DNA of 64,000 bases. It comes from an uncultured Gemmatimonadales bacterium (GTDB taxonomy: Bacteria; Gemmatimonadota; Gemmatimonadetes; Gemmatimonadales; GWC2-71-9). Positions 22,601-32,482 of the stretch are shown one piece after another (positions within the stretch are counted from its first letter, which is position 1; every line of letters starts with the position of its first letter). The stretch spans positions 448,001 through 512,000 of the forward strand of contig CAWJIM010000023.1 in the NCBI GenBank assembly GCA_963842945.1, in the 5' to 3' direction. The translations under genes were made by a program, and so were the position numbers. Under the pieces are notes generated by a model that was not told the origin of the DNA, did no database searches, and saw nothing but the letters and a program-made list of their open reading frames with translations.

Positions 22601-23905
22601 ATGGGTGAGTCGGCCGGCATCCGGCCGCGGCGGGCAGCACTGGAAATTCTGGAGCACGTCCGTGACGGGCTCACGTTCGAAGCCGCCTTGAGTGACGGGA
22701 TAGATACGCTGACCGAGCCCGATCGCCGGCTGGCCCACGAGCTGGCAGCGGGGGTACTCCGGCAGCGAAGCTCGCTCGACGCCCGGCTGGCCGCGTTGGT
22801 GAATCGGGACTGGAGTCATGTCACTGCCGAGCTGCAGGACATCCTCCGCCTGGGGGCCTATCAGATCACGTCCCTCGAGCGGGTGCCGGCCCACGCTGCG
22901 GTGGACACGAGTGTCGAGCTGGCCAAACAGAGTGGCGGAGCCCGCGCCGCCGGCTTTGTCAACGCGGTGCTGCGCCGGCTCACCCGCTCGGGCCCAGAGA
23001 TTCTCCCAGTGCCCCGGGACCCCGCCGAGCGGCTGGCGGGCGAATATTCCCACCCCCTTTGGCTGGTCCGGAAGTGGGTGAACGCCTTCGGAATGGAGCA
23101 GGCCGAAGCACTGCTCCGATGGAACAATTCTCGTCCGCGGCTGGTGGCCCAGCCTGGGCGACAATCTCTGGCAGAGCTGGCAGAAGCCTGGAACACCGCG
23201 GGACTGGAATTCGAGCCTGCTCCGTACGACGCGGGTCTCGTCGTCACCCGGAGCCGTCCAGCCGAGCTGCCGGGATATCGTGAGGGCAACTTCGTCATCC
23301 AGGATCCGGCTCAGGCTTTGCTGGTGCAATTCGTGGATCCACCACCGGGTGCCACCGTATACGATGCTTGCGCCGCTCCGGGCGGAAAGACCATTGCATT
23401 GGGCCGTCGGGCTGCCCGCGTAGTTTCGGGAGACATCAATCCCCTGCGGGTTCGCCGGCTCAGGGACAACGTGCGGCGAGCCGGCACCGGCCGTGAGCAC
23501 GTCATCGTCGCGGACGCTCGGCAACCGCCGGTACGACCCCTGGACATCGTTTTGCTTGACGCCCCTTGCCTGGGAACCGGCACCGTAGCCCGCCATCCCG
23601 ATGCGAGGTGGCGAATATCGCCGAAGGCGCTGAAACACGTCGTCGAGCTTCAAGCCGAGCTCCTCGACAGCGCGGCGGCCACAGTGAGTCCCGGCGGGTT
23701 GCTGATATACTCGACCTGCTCAGTCGAGCGGGAGGAGAATCTGGAGCAGGTGGAGCAGTTTCTGAGAGGGCATCGGGATTTTCGCCGGGAGGCAGCGCGG
23801 GACTTCCCACCCGAGCTGCTGTCGCCCGAGGGCGATCTGCTGATTCTGCCGCAGCTTCACGGCATGGACGGGGCGTATGCAGCCCGTCTTCGTCGATCAG
23901 GATGA
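22601..23905 (+). CDS. rsmB: 16S rRNA m5C967 methyltransferase RsmB (NusB-like + SAM domain)
   Basis: FVNAVLR, SHPLWL, DACAAPGGKT, DAPCLGTG, YSTCS. Start approximate. Confidence 0.93.
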   Translation: MGESAGIRPRRAALEILEHVRDGLTFEAALSDGIDTLTEPDRRLAHELAAGVLRQRSSLDARLAALVNRDWSHVTAELQDILRLGAYQITSLERVPAHAAVDTSVELAKQSGGARAAGFVNAVLRRLTRSGPEILPVPRDPAERLAGEYSHPLWLVRKWVNAFGMEQAEALLRWNNSRPRLVAQPGRQSLAELAEAWNTAGLEFEPAPYDAGLVVTRSRPAELPGYREGNFVIQDPAQALLVQFVDPPPGATVYDACAAPGGKTIALGRRAARVVSGDINPLRVRRLRDNVRRAGTGREHVIVADARQPPVRPLDIVLLDAPCLGTGTVARHPDARWRISPKALKHVVELQAELLDSAAATVSPGGLLIYSTCSVEREENLEQVEQFLRGHRDFRREAARDFPPELLSPEGDLLILPQLHGMDGAYAARLRRSG

Positions 23906-24477
23906 GAGCCCGCCGCCACGTTACGTCAGGGGTCCCGCTATTTAAGTCCGCTCCCTGGCGCGGGTTTCTCCGAGATATAGGGCTGATCCTGGCTACCTTC
24001 ATCGTTGGCTATGGCATTTCTGCCTTCTGGCTTACGCCCGGATCGGTGTTCAGCAAAAATCACTCATTGCCGCGGGTGCTGGAGATGCCGGAGACCAAGG
24101 CCCGTCAAAAGCTGACCGAGCTCGGCTTCCGGCCCCGGATCGAAGGAGAGCGTCCGAGCGATGCGTTTCCATCGGGCACCGTGATCTGGCAGGATCCTCC
24201 TCCCGCCACAGTGTTGGAGCCCAATACGGTGATCCAGCTAGTGGTGAGCACCGGCCCCACCCTGGTGGCCGTACCCGATGTGATTGGACTCAATGTGCCG
24301 CAAGCTAGCAAAATCCTGACGGCGGCTGGTGTGCGGGTGGGAGCCGTGGATTCGACGGCCGGTGGGCGGGAGGCGGGAGTGGTTCTCGCCACCCGGCCGG
24401 CTGCAGGGATCGGCCGGCCTCGGAATACTGCGGTTGCTCTGGTGGTCAGTCGCGGCGACGAAGCGGTCTCGCCATGA
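23902..24477 (+). CDS. PASTA domain membrane protein
   Basis: N-terminal TM helix, two PASTA repeats (GTVIWQDP...LVVSTG; VPDVIG...LVVSRG). Confidence 0.88.
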   Translation: MRARRHVTSGVPLFKSAPWRGFLRDIGLILATFIVGYGISAFWLTPGSVFSKNHSLPRVLEMPETKARQKLTELGFRPRIEGERPSDAFPSGTVIWQDPPPATVLEPNTVIQLVVSTGPTLVAVPDVIGLNVPQASKILTAAGVRVGAVDSTAGGREAGVVLATRPAAGIGRPRNTAVALVVSRGDEAVSP

Positions 24478-25139
24478 GCGTCATCATCGCCCCCAGCATC
24501 TTGACCGCCGACCTGGGTCGCCTTCGAGAGGAAGTGCAGCAAGTCGTGGCTGGCGGCGCCGAGTGGCTGCACATCGACGTCATGGATGGACACTTCGTTC
24601 CCAACCTGACCTTCGGCGCACCGATCGTGCGTGCCCTCCGCAAGATTACCGACCTGCCGCTCGATGTGCATCTCATGGTTGAGCGGCCGGAATATTATCT
24701 GGCTGAATTCGCCCAAGCCGGAGCCACGGTGTTCACCATTCACCCGGAAGCCACGGTCCACGTGCAACGGCATCTGGCCGCCGCCCGGGAGCGCGGGATG
24801 ATGGCAGGGCTGGCTCTCAACCCATCGACGCCGGTGAGCATCGTGGAAGAACTGCAGGACGACATCGATCTGGTTCTGGTCATGTCGGTAAACCCCGGGT
24901 ACGGGGGACAGAGCTACCTGCCGCACTCCACCGAGAAAATCCGGCGGGTGCGCGGTCTGCTGGATCAACGCGGCAGCCGTGCCTTGCTGGAAGTGGACGG
25001 CGGGATCACGTCCGAGACGATTGCGGAGGCGTGGAGCGCTGGAGCCGATACGTTCGTCGCGGGTACGGCCGTGTTCGGGAGCTCCGATCCGGCCCAGGCC
25101 GTACGCGAGCTGAAGCGGCAATGTGCGGTTCGGGTTTAG
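24474..25139 (+). CDS. rpe: Ribulose-phosphate 3-epimerase
   Basis: IAPSIL, HIDVMDGHFVPNLTFG, MSVNPGYGGQ, VDGG. Confidence 0.97.
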   Translation: MSVIIAPSILTADLGRLREEVQQVVAGGAEWLHIDVMDGHFVPNLTFGAPIVRALRKITDLPLDVHLMVERPEYYLAEFAQAGATVFTIHPEATVHVQRHLAAARERGMMAGLALNPSTPVSIVEELQDDIDLVLVMSVNPGYGGQSYLPHSTEKIRRVRGLLDQRGSRALLEVDGGITSETIAEAWSAGADTFVAGTAVFGSSDPAQAVRELKRQCAVRV

Positions 25140-25143
25140 CTCC

Positions 25144-25683
25144 ATGACTCGCCCCTGGCTGCTGGTGGGTCTGGTCGTGAGTAGTCTGGCCATCGGCGCG
25201 ACCATCCTGACGAGATACGGTCCTAACATGGAGCAGGTTGCGGTGGGGGCCAGGGCGCCAGACTTTCGCGCCGTAGACCTCGCCACCGGCGATTCGGTCA
25301 GTCTCCGAAGCCGTTACCGGGGAGCAGTCACCCTGGTCAACGTGTGGGCCACCTGGTGTGAGCCCTGCAGGATCGAGATGCCCGCCATGGAGCGGCTGTA
25401 CAGTTCACTCGCTCCTCATGGATTCAGGATTGCCGCCGTGAGCGTCGACGAGGGGCCACCCGAGGATGTCCGGGCCTTTGGCCAGGACCTTGGCCTAACC
25501 TTCGACCTGCTCCAGGATCGGAGCACCAAGGTGCAGCAGATCTATCAGACCACGGGGGTTCCGGAGAGCTTTCTGCTCAATCGGGACGGCGTGATTGTGA
25601 AGCGCGTGATCGGCGCCCACGATTGGAACTCGCCGGTGAATCGCACGCTGATCACGCGACTCCTCGACGAGACTGGGCAATAG
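25144..25683 (+). CDS. TlpA/ResA-family thiol-disulfide oxidoreductase
   Basis: Membrane anchor, NVWATWCEPCRIEMP, GVPESF. Confidence 0.92.
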   Translation: MTRPWLLVGLVVSSLAIGATILTRYGPNMEQVAVGARAPDFRAVDLATGDSVSLRSRYRGAVTLVNVWATWCEPCRIEMPAMERLYSSLAPHGFRIAAVSVDEGPPEDVRAFGQDLGLTFDLLQDRSTKVQQIYQTTGVPESFLLNRDGVIVKRVIGAHDWNSPVNRTLITRLLDETGQ

Positions 25684-25684
25684 A

Positions 25685-26758
25685 ATGGCCCAGCTGGTAC
25701 TCGGCATCGAGACCTCCTGCGACGAGACCTCCGCTTCGGTGGTCCGTTGGGAGAACGGTGTTTCCTCCCTGGCTTCCCTGATCATCCTCTCTCAAGATGT
25801 CCATCGCATCTTCGGCGGGGTCGTTCCCGAGCTGGCCAGCCGCGCGCACGTGCAGGCCATCGGATCCGTGGTCGAGCAGGCGCTGAGAGAAGCCGGTCTT
25901 GGCTTTCCGGACCTGGATGGCATCGCCGTAACCGCCGGTCCCGGATTGGTGGGGGCTCTCCTGGTCGGAGTGATGTACGGCAAGACGCTGGCATTCAGTG
26001 TCGATCGCCCGCTGATCGGGGTCAATCACCTGGAGGGACACCTCTTCGCGCCCACCCTGGAAGATCCGGAGTTCGAGCCTCCATTTATCGGACTGTTGGT
26101 GAGTGGCGGCCATACCATGCTGCTCGACGTTCCCCAGTGGGGAGAATACCGCCTGCTGGGACAGACTCTCGACGATGCCGCGGGTGAGGCATTCGACAAA
26201 GTGGCCAACCTCTTGGGGCTGGGCTATCCGGGAGGAGCAGCGATCGAACGCCTGGCCCGGGAAGGGCAGCCCGGCCGCTTCCGCTTTCCCAGTCCCATGC
26301 TGCAGGAGCTCGATCGCGAGGGCGCTAACCGCTACGCCTTCTCCTTCAGCGGCCTGAAGACGGCAGTGCTCCGGACCGTTCGGGGCGACGCCAGCGGCAA
26401 TCACTCCACTTCCCCACCCAATCCGGCCGATGTCGCACGAGGATTTCAGGATGCTGCCATCCAGGTACTCGTCGCCAAGACGGCGCATGCGGTCGAGGCG
26501 AGTGGGTACGGCCGAGCTATGGTCGGAGGCGGCGTCGCCTGCAATCGCGCTCTGGTAGCCCAACTGCGAGCGCGACTGGCGGGACAAGCCCGGGTCAGCG
26601 TAGCTTCACCGCGGCTCAACACCGACAATGCCGCCATGATCGCCGCTGCGGGAGCCTGGAGGCTTGCCCGGGGCGAGCGGAGCGGCCTCGATCTCGAGCC
26701 TCGGGACGATCTGCCACTCCCTGGCTTGGCCTTCCACTTACCTGGATCCGTCACATGA
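25685..26758 (+). CDS. tsaD: tRNA t6A threonylcarbamoyltransferase TsaD
   Basis: GIETSCDET, GGVVPELASRAH, NHLEGH, SGGHT, DDAAGEAFDK, TDNAAMI. Confidence 0.97.
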   Translation: MAQLVLGIETSCDETSASVVRWENGVSSLASLIILSQDVHRIFGGVVPELASRAHVQAIGSVVEQALREAGLGFPDLDGIAVTAGPGLVGALLVGVMYGKTLAFSVDRPLIGVNHLEGHLFAPTLEDPEFEPPFIGLLVSGGHTMLLDVPQWGEYRLLGQTLDDAAGEAFDKVANLLGLGYPGGAAIERLAREGQPGRFRFPSPMLQELDREGANRYAFSFSGLKTAVLRTVRGDASGNHSTSPPNPADVARGFQDAAIQVLVAKTAHAVEASGYGRAMVGGGVACNRALVAQLRARLAGQARVSVASPRLNTDNAAMIAAAGAWRLARGERSGLDLEPRDDLPLPGLAFHLPGSVT

Positions 26759-27606
26759 CCATCCACCCGTTCATCATCCACCTGGGCCCGCTCGAGGTCA
26801 CGGGGTACGGGCTGATGCTGATGGTGGCCTTTCTGATGGGGGGCTGGCTGATCGCCCGCCAGCTTCGAGAGCGTCAACTCCGGGAGGAGTATGCCGCTGA
26901 CATTGTGGCCGCCGCCGTCATCGGGGGAATCATCGGTGCGAAACTCTGGTATGTCGCGCTCACCCGAGACCCCGGCGCCCTGTTCTCCCGGGGTGGACTC
27001 GTATGGTATGGCGGGTTCATCGGCGGAGCTCTCGCGGTGATGCTGAATGGCTGGCGCTTGAAGGTGCCCCTGCGATGGACCATGCAGGTCGCAGCTCCAG
27101 CATTGGCGGCGGCGTACGCGCTCGGCCGGGTAGGGTGTTTTCTGGTGAACGACGACTACGGAAGACCTAGCAATCTCCCCTGGGCGGTGCGCTTCCCCGA
27201 GGGGCTGCCGCCGTCGACTGCCGGAAATCTGCACCAGCTCTTTGGAGTGCCGATTCCGGCGGGCACCGACCCCTCCACGGTCCTGGCCGTCCATCCGACT
27301 CAGCTGTACGAAGTGGCGGCCATGCTGCTGGCCTTTGGCGTCTTGTGGGTCCTGCGGAAGCAGGGCAAGCCGGTCGGCTGGCTTTTCGGCTTATACCTGG
27401 TCTTTGCGGGAGTGGAGCGCTTCCTGGTCGAGATCGTGCGGGCCAAGGACGATCGTTTTCTGGGACCCTTCACCCTGGCTCAGCTGACCAGCGTGATTCT
27501 GGTGGCTATCGGAGGAAGCCTGCTAACGCTTTGGAGAACACGAGAGGGCCCGCTGCCCGGCTTCTATCTGGAAACTGGCAGGAAGCCCCCGCCGTCAAAG
27601 ATCTAG
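26755..27606 (+). CDS. lgt: Prolipoprotein diacylglyceryl transferase
   Basis: GGLVWYGG, GRVGCF, HPTQLYE, RFLVE. Confidence 0.95.
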   Translation: MTIHPFIIHLGPLEVTGYGLMLMVAFLMGGWLIARQLRERQLREEYAADIVAAAVIGGIIGAKLWYVALTRDPGALFSRGGLVWYGGFIGGALAVMLNGWRLKVPLRWTMQVAAPALAAAYALGRVGCFLVNDDYGRPSNLPWAVRFPEGLPPSTAGNLHQLFGVPIPAGTDPSTVLAVHPTQLYEVAAMLLAFGVLWVLRKQGKPVGWLFGLYLVFAGVERFLVEIVRAKDDRFLGPFTLAQLTSVILVAIGGSLLTLWRTREGPLPGFYLETGRKPPPSKI

Positions 27607-27752
27607 TCGCCTGCACAAGCACGTAAGCACAGACAGCTTAGTCCATTCCTCGAATTTCCGTACAGCATCTTTACGACTTTTTGCACTCCAGCACCTTCCC
27701 ATCTTCCCCGCTAAGTAACTCAGGCGTCGTTGCTTAGCCCAGATGAGCCAAA

Positions 27753-27768
27753 TGGCACTAGCCTTGCT
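27753..27768 (+). promoter_or_regulatory. Sigma54 (-24/-12) promoter
   Basis: TGGCAC-TAGCC-TTGCT matches the TGGCAC-N5-TTGCW consensus in an intergenic, comparatively AT-rich context. Confidence 0.8.
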
Positions 27769-27778
27769 TTACTAATGC

Positions 27779-27916
27779 CCGGGAAGCCCAAGGGCTTCAC
27801 ACGAAAGTGGTAGGTCGAAGAAGGGTGGAGCGGGCACTTCGGCCCGTCTCCGTAAACTCAGGGGGCGATCTACCACTCACTTACGCAAACGGCCCGTCAT
27901 CTGACGGGCCGTTTGC
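27779..27916 (+). ncRNA. Candidate sigma54-dependent structured small RNA (~135 nt)
   Basis: Hairpin GAAGCCC-AA-GGGCTTC (27783-27798). 12-bp stem AGTGGTAGGTCG/CGATCTACCACT (27806-27817/27866-27877) enclosing a GGAG-CGGGC/GCCCG-T-CTCC hairpin. Ends in a terminator. No translatable ORF downstream of the predicted TSS. Confidence 0.7.
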
Positions 27917-27920
27917 ATTT
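27885..27920. terminator. Intrinsic terminator, probably bidirectional
   Basis: Perfect inverted repeat GCAAACGGCCCGTCA-TC-TGACGGGCCGTTTGC followed by ATTT, between convergent units. Confidence 0.85.
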
Positions 27921-27933
27921 GCTCCGCGAGGCG

Positions 27934-28416
27934 TCAGGCTAGCAGATCTCGCTGGGCTACAATAATCCCGTCGCCGTCTGCATAAAGAAACGAGCCAGGG
28001 AGAAATGCCACTCCAGCAAAGGTAAGCGGGGTTCCTCGGGTGCCGGTTCCCTGTTTGCCGCTCCGGAGCGGTACGCTGTTGAGGGCCCGTATTCCGACCG
28101 GGATTTGACTCAGCTCCGCCGAGTCCCGTACGCTGCCATTGATGACCAGTCCCGCCCAGCCGTTCGCGTAAGCCACGCCGGCAAGCCGTCCCCCCACGAG
28201 CGCGCAACGACGCGAGCCGCCACCGTCGATTACGAGGACTCGCCCCCCTCCAGCGGTCTCCAGGATCTGCCGAACGAGCGCATTGTCCTCAAATACGCTC
28301 AGGGTCTCGATCGGGCCGCTGAACTTCGCCAGGCCGCCATACTCCCGAAACTCCGGCTGGGCAACCTGCACCAGCTCAGGGTAGCCATCGCACAGATCAG
28401 CGGTGGTGAACTCCAC
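27934..28416 (-). CDS. rraA: RraA family protein (HMG aldolase / RNase E regulator family)
   Basis: TADLCD, FEDNALV, VLVIDGGGS, GSVRD, ADGDG. Confidence 0.93.
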   Translation of the reverse strand: MEFTTADLCDGYPELVQVAQPEFREYGGLAKFSGPIETLSVFEDNALVRQILETAGGGRVLVIDGGGSRRCALVGGRLAGVAYANGWAGLVINGSVRDSAELSQIPVGIRALNSVPLRSGKQGTGTRGTPLTFAGVAFLPGSFLYADGDGIIVAQRDLLA

Positions 28417-30546
28417 TCAGCTCTTGCGAGAGCGCGACTCAGGCGCGTCGGTGAGGTTTCCCTTCATCCGCTCGACTTCGGAGCGCATCTCGCTCAAGTC
28501 CGCCTCCATCCGCTCGAGAGAGCGGAGCAGCTCCCGGCTTGCCTCCGGGGGAACAGGGGCAGGGATCGCTAGCGGCGGTTCCCGGCGGAGCGGCTCGGGT
28601 GGCGGTGATCCAGCCCGATGGCGACGACGGGGCTCTATGAGAAAGGTCCAGGCAAGGGCCAGGATGAGAAGAGCGACCAGGACCCCCTGCGCCAGCAGCG
28701 ACTCGACGGTGGGGTAGATACCCAGCGCAGGGAGCTCGGGGCGCACCAACGACGATGGTGGTCGAGATCAGCCCCCCTCCTGTAGCTCGGCCACAGCTTT
28801 CCCGGCAAAAACAAATGCCATGTAGTACAGGAATGCGCTGGTCACCCCGAAGAAGGGCTTCAACGGAAGCCGCAGGCCGAACCGGTTGATGGCCAGGTAA
28901 ACCACCGACCATGACCAGTGACCCGAGCAGGATGCCGGCCAGGATCGGCATGGTGGCGGCAGGTGAGCCGCCAGTCACGAACAGAGCCTTGTAGAAGAGC
29001 ACGGTCTCGAAGCCCTCGCGGTACACCGCCAGAAACGCCGCCGACGCGAGCGCCAGACCGGAGCCGCTCGTGAGCGCGTCCTGCACCTTGCTCTTCACGA
29101 AGTGGTTCCACTTGGCCACCTCCATTTTCGAGAGCAGCCAGTAGCTCACATAGAAGAGCACCACGGTAGCGAGGGCCATGGTCAGGCCCTCCAGCGCCTC
29201 TCGTTTGGCGGAGGTCAGGTGAAAGATGGTCTCCAGCGCAAACGCGGTGAGCAGGCTGGCCGCGGCCGCGGCACCGACTCCGATGTGAATGTCGCGCTTG
29301 CGATGGGCCGCTCCCATCTTGGCCAGAAAGGTCATCAGGGCGCCCACCAGCAGAATTGCCTCGAAGCCTTCCCGCAGCAGAATGACAAACGATTGTACGA
29401 ACAGGTTTACGTGCGGACGGCTGGTCGGCCAGTGTCCGCTCGGCGTTCTCCAGATCGGCGTCGAGCTGCCGGCGAATTCGGTCCAGCTCCGCGCCGGTGG
29501 CTCCTCCGGCCACTCGGGTACGCAGCGACGCAAATCCGGCCTCCAGGTCTGCGGCCAGCCCGGGATTCTTGGCTCGGACCGACCGCTCCACCTGCTCGAA
29601 CGTCATGTACGCGTCGAAGGCCCGTGTGCTCGCCGAGGTGTCACCGGTCCGAGCCAGGGCATAAACCGATTCAATCTGGGCTCGCACCTCGGTGAAAACC
29701 CGGGCATCGGCAGCGGCGGTGCGCATCCGCCCGAAATCGACGGACGGCTGCAACCCTGGCGAGACCGGTTGCTCCGTCATTCCGCTGCCCCAGAGCGGCG
29801 AGCAACTGGGTATCGGACATGCGGCCGGTACTTCCAAAGGACTGAAGCGCGGGGGGAACGCTCCCCGAGTCGTTGGGGCAGGCGAAGTACACTGGCATAG
29901 AGTGCAACGGCCCAGCGGTCCTCTGCCGACAACCGGGTCTCGAAGGCCGGCATGGCCGTCCCGACGACGCCGATGCTCACTCGGCGGTAATAATCCAGGG
30001 GCGATTGATCTCGGAGCGCGGCGCGCATCCGACGAGGTCGGCGGGTTTGGGATCCATCCCTTTTGCCAGTGGCCCATCGCCGCGGCCAAGGTCTCCGTGA
30101 CAGGAGGCGCAGTTGGTCCGGAAGACCTCGGCGCCCCGTGCCAGCGACGGCGCCTCAGGTGGAACCTGATCGAGTGGGACGCCGAGCGGGGCGAAGCGAG
30201 CTGTCAAGCCGGCTTACGCGGGCGTCCAGCGAATCCGGAGAGCCAGCAGACTCACGAGGGCTATCAGCGAATCGATACGGCTGATAGTGCGGGAGGCGGA
30301 ATTTGGCGGGCAAGCAGGGCCGCGGATCGCCGAGACTCCTGGAGGAACAGCCGAGCTTCGTCCACTTCGGCCTGAGACACGATCCGGCCGTTGACGATCC
30401 CAACTCGGTATTCCTGTGACGGCCAGTTGCGCCGTAGCCGCGACTCGGCGAACAGCAGGCGCCACGTCGGGCGTGGAATCGGGAGCTTGGAGTGGAGCGA
30501 CAAGGGTGGACGCAACCAAGGCGGCCGCGCTGAGAATCATTTTCAT
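28417..30546 (-). CDS. Cytochrome c-FTR1 family iron permease fusion, broken by many indels
   Basis: Fragments across frames: signal peptide MKMILSAAAL, CASCH heme motif, GTAMPAF, two REGFE motifs, TM helices. Confidence 0.85.
30531..30545. promoter_or_regulatory. Putative Fur box overlapping the start of the iron permease
   Basis: TGAGAAT-C-ATTTTCA matches 12 of 14 positions of the 7-1-7 Fur consensus TGATAAT-N-ATTATCA. Confidence 0.65.
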
Positions 30547-30606
30547 CCAGTTTGAAAACGCTGAATTAAACTAGAGTAAGAAGGTCGGAATTGAAAGTGA
30601 GCCGCC

Positions 30607-30994
30607 CTAGGGGGCCTCCACGATAGCAATGGCGCCGGCTGATAGGGCCGAATGGGTGAGCGAGATCTTGATCGCGAGTCCGCCGCTGCTCCTGAGAAAT
30701 GCGCGCGGCTAGCCCGTGAAGGCGAATGGCCGGACGTCCTTCAGCGTCCCGAGATACCTCGATCTCCCGCCAGCCGACGCCCCTCGCGCCGGGCAGGGAC
30801 TGCATGGCCTTGTACACGGCCTCCTTGGCCGCGATCCGAGCCGCCGCGTGTCCGGTCGCGTCGGGGCGACTCGCCAGATACTGGCGCTCATGCTCGGAGA
30901 AGAACCTGGCCATGGCCTGCTCGCCCTTGTCAGCGAAAAGGTCCCTGACCCGTTGAAGATCCACCAGGTCGATGCCGACTCCGACGAAGGTCAC
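30607..30994 (-). CDS. acpS: Holo-ACP synthase, indel near 30685
   Basis: GVGIDLV, AARIAAKEAVYKA, GRP; ISLTHS...AIAIVEAP* in the shifted frame. Confidence 0.9.
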
Positions 30995-31756
30995 AGGTAA
31001 TTCCACCACAGCTCGGCCAAACCCTGCAGCGGCCCGGGCACAGGCAGGTAGCCGCCCAACACCAATCCGAGATAGCCGAGCAGCAGCAGAAGCAGAGCCG
31101 TAGCCAGCCAGAGTGGCCAGGTCGGCCGCTTCCAGGTTCTCACTCGTTCGATGTCCTGCCTCCAGCGCTCCTGCTCTCTCCGGGCCGATTCGGACAGCGC
31201 CAGCCAGGCGGATTCGAGCCGACGCGCCGCCGTCGCGAGCGCGATTTGCCATTCCTCCTGTCCCAGACGCCCGCGAGCGCCCGACGCGGCGGCGGCCGGC
31301 ACGGTCTGCTCCAGTGCGTCGAGCGCGCTCACGAAGCCGGCGCCCCCACTGCCGAGGCGCGAGCCGATCGCCCGAATGTCCTCGGGGGTCAGCAACAATG
31401 GCTGCAGCCGCCGCTCGGGAAGCCGGGACTCGATGGCGGCCGCACGCATGCGAGCGTTCACCACGTCGGCCAGCCGCTGGGCGCAGGCGGCAACTGCGCG
31501 TCTCCCAGCGATCCAGCCAGCTAACCCGACTGAGCGAGGCTATGGCACCCTGGCGGTCGCCCGCCGCCATGAACGACCGGGCGGCCCCGGCCATGTCGAA
31601 AATTCCGCTGACCAGCCCCAGTCGAATGTCCTCGAGCACGACGCCGAGCGCCCCGGAGTAATCCGGGGTGGAAGGCGGGTCGCTCAGCCGGCCCAGCGAT
31701 GGGCCCAGCTCGGGCACGGTCCAGGTTTCAGTTGAGGCGGGAGGTTGGGTCACCAC
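30991..31756 (-). CDS. Hypothetical protein with C-terminal TM helix, indel near 31500
   Basis: N-part in ORF 30566..31756, C-part in ORF 30991..31464 (WPLWLATALLLLLLGYLGLVLGGY). Confidence 0.7.
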
Positions 31757-31768
31757 AGTGGCCTGGGC

Positions 31769-32482
31769 TCAGGCGAGGATGGAATGCAGCACGCTTTCGG
31801 TGTCGGCCAAATCCTCGAAAACCACGTGGGGTCCGCAGGCGTGCAGATCGGCTACGGAATAGTCTCCAGTGGCGACCGCAATGGCTCTGGCCTCGATGCA
31901 GTTGCCGCAAGCAATGTCGGCCGGGGTATCACCGATGATGACGACCGCCTCTCCTCGGGGCTCCCGCTCGAAGTAGCGCGCGGCCCGGCGGGCGGCAATG
32001 GGTGGCAAGTCGGGCCGATGTGCCGCGTCCGAGCCATAGGCTCCGACCTGAAATCTGCGAGGATCGATACCCGCGGCGCGGAGCTTCAGTTGGGCGCCCT
32101 GCAGAAGATTCCCGGTAAGAAGCCCAAGCACGACACCCTGCTCCGACTCGAGTCGGTCGAGTAACTGGTGAACGCCAGGCATGACGTGGGTCCGAGTGGT
32201 GGGCCGGTCCAGCTCATCGGCCAACAGCTCGACATAACGCCGGCAGATCCCGTCGACCCGGTCAGGCGTCGGCGGCTCGCGGTGTCCCGCAGCGGCGAGC
32301 AGCTCGGTCACGATCTGCGGATCGGTCTTGCCGCCGAACGGGATATTGCCCAGGGAACCGGTGTCGCCGATGTGTTCGGCAATCGCGCTCACGATGGCGC
32401 GGCGTCCAGCGCCTGAGCTCAACAGAATGGTGCCGTCGATGTCAAACAGGACCAGCTTCCTAGCCGGCATCAGCCCACTCAC
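31769..32482 (-). CDS. HAD-superfamily hydrolase
   Basis: LFDIDGT, LLTGN, IGDTPADI. Confidence 0.92.
   Translation of the reverse strand: MSGLMPARKLVLFDIDGTILLSSGAGRRAIVSAIAEHIGDTGSLGNIPFGGKTDPQIVTELLAAAGHREPPTPDRVDGICRRYVELLADELDRPTTRTHVMPGVHQLLDRLESEQGVVLGLLTGNLLQGAQLKLRAAGIDPRRFQVGAYGSDAAHRPDLPPIAARRAARYFEREPRGEAVVIIGDTPADIACGNCIEARAIAVATGDYSVADLHACGPHVVFEDLADTESVLHSILA

Noticed and set aside
27775..27813. 12-codon ORF MPGKPKGFTRKW in the ncRNA region
   Set aside because: Its ATG lies upstream of the predicted sigma54 TSS and it lacks an RBS.
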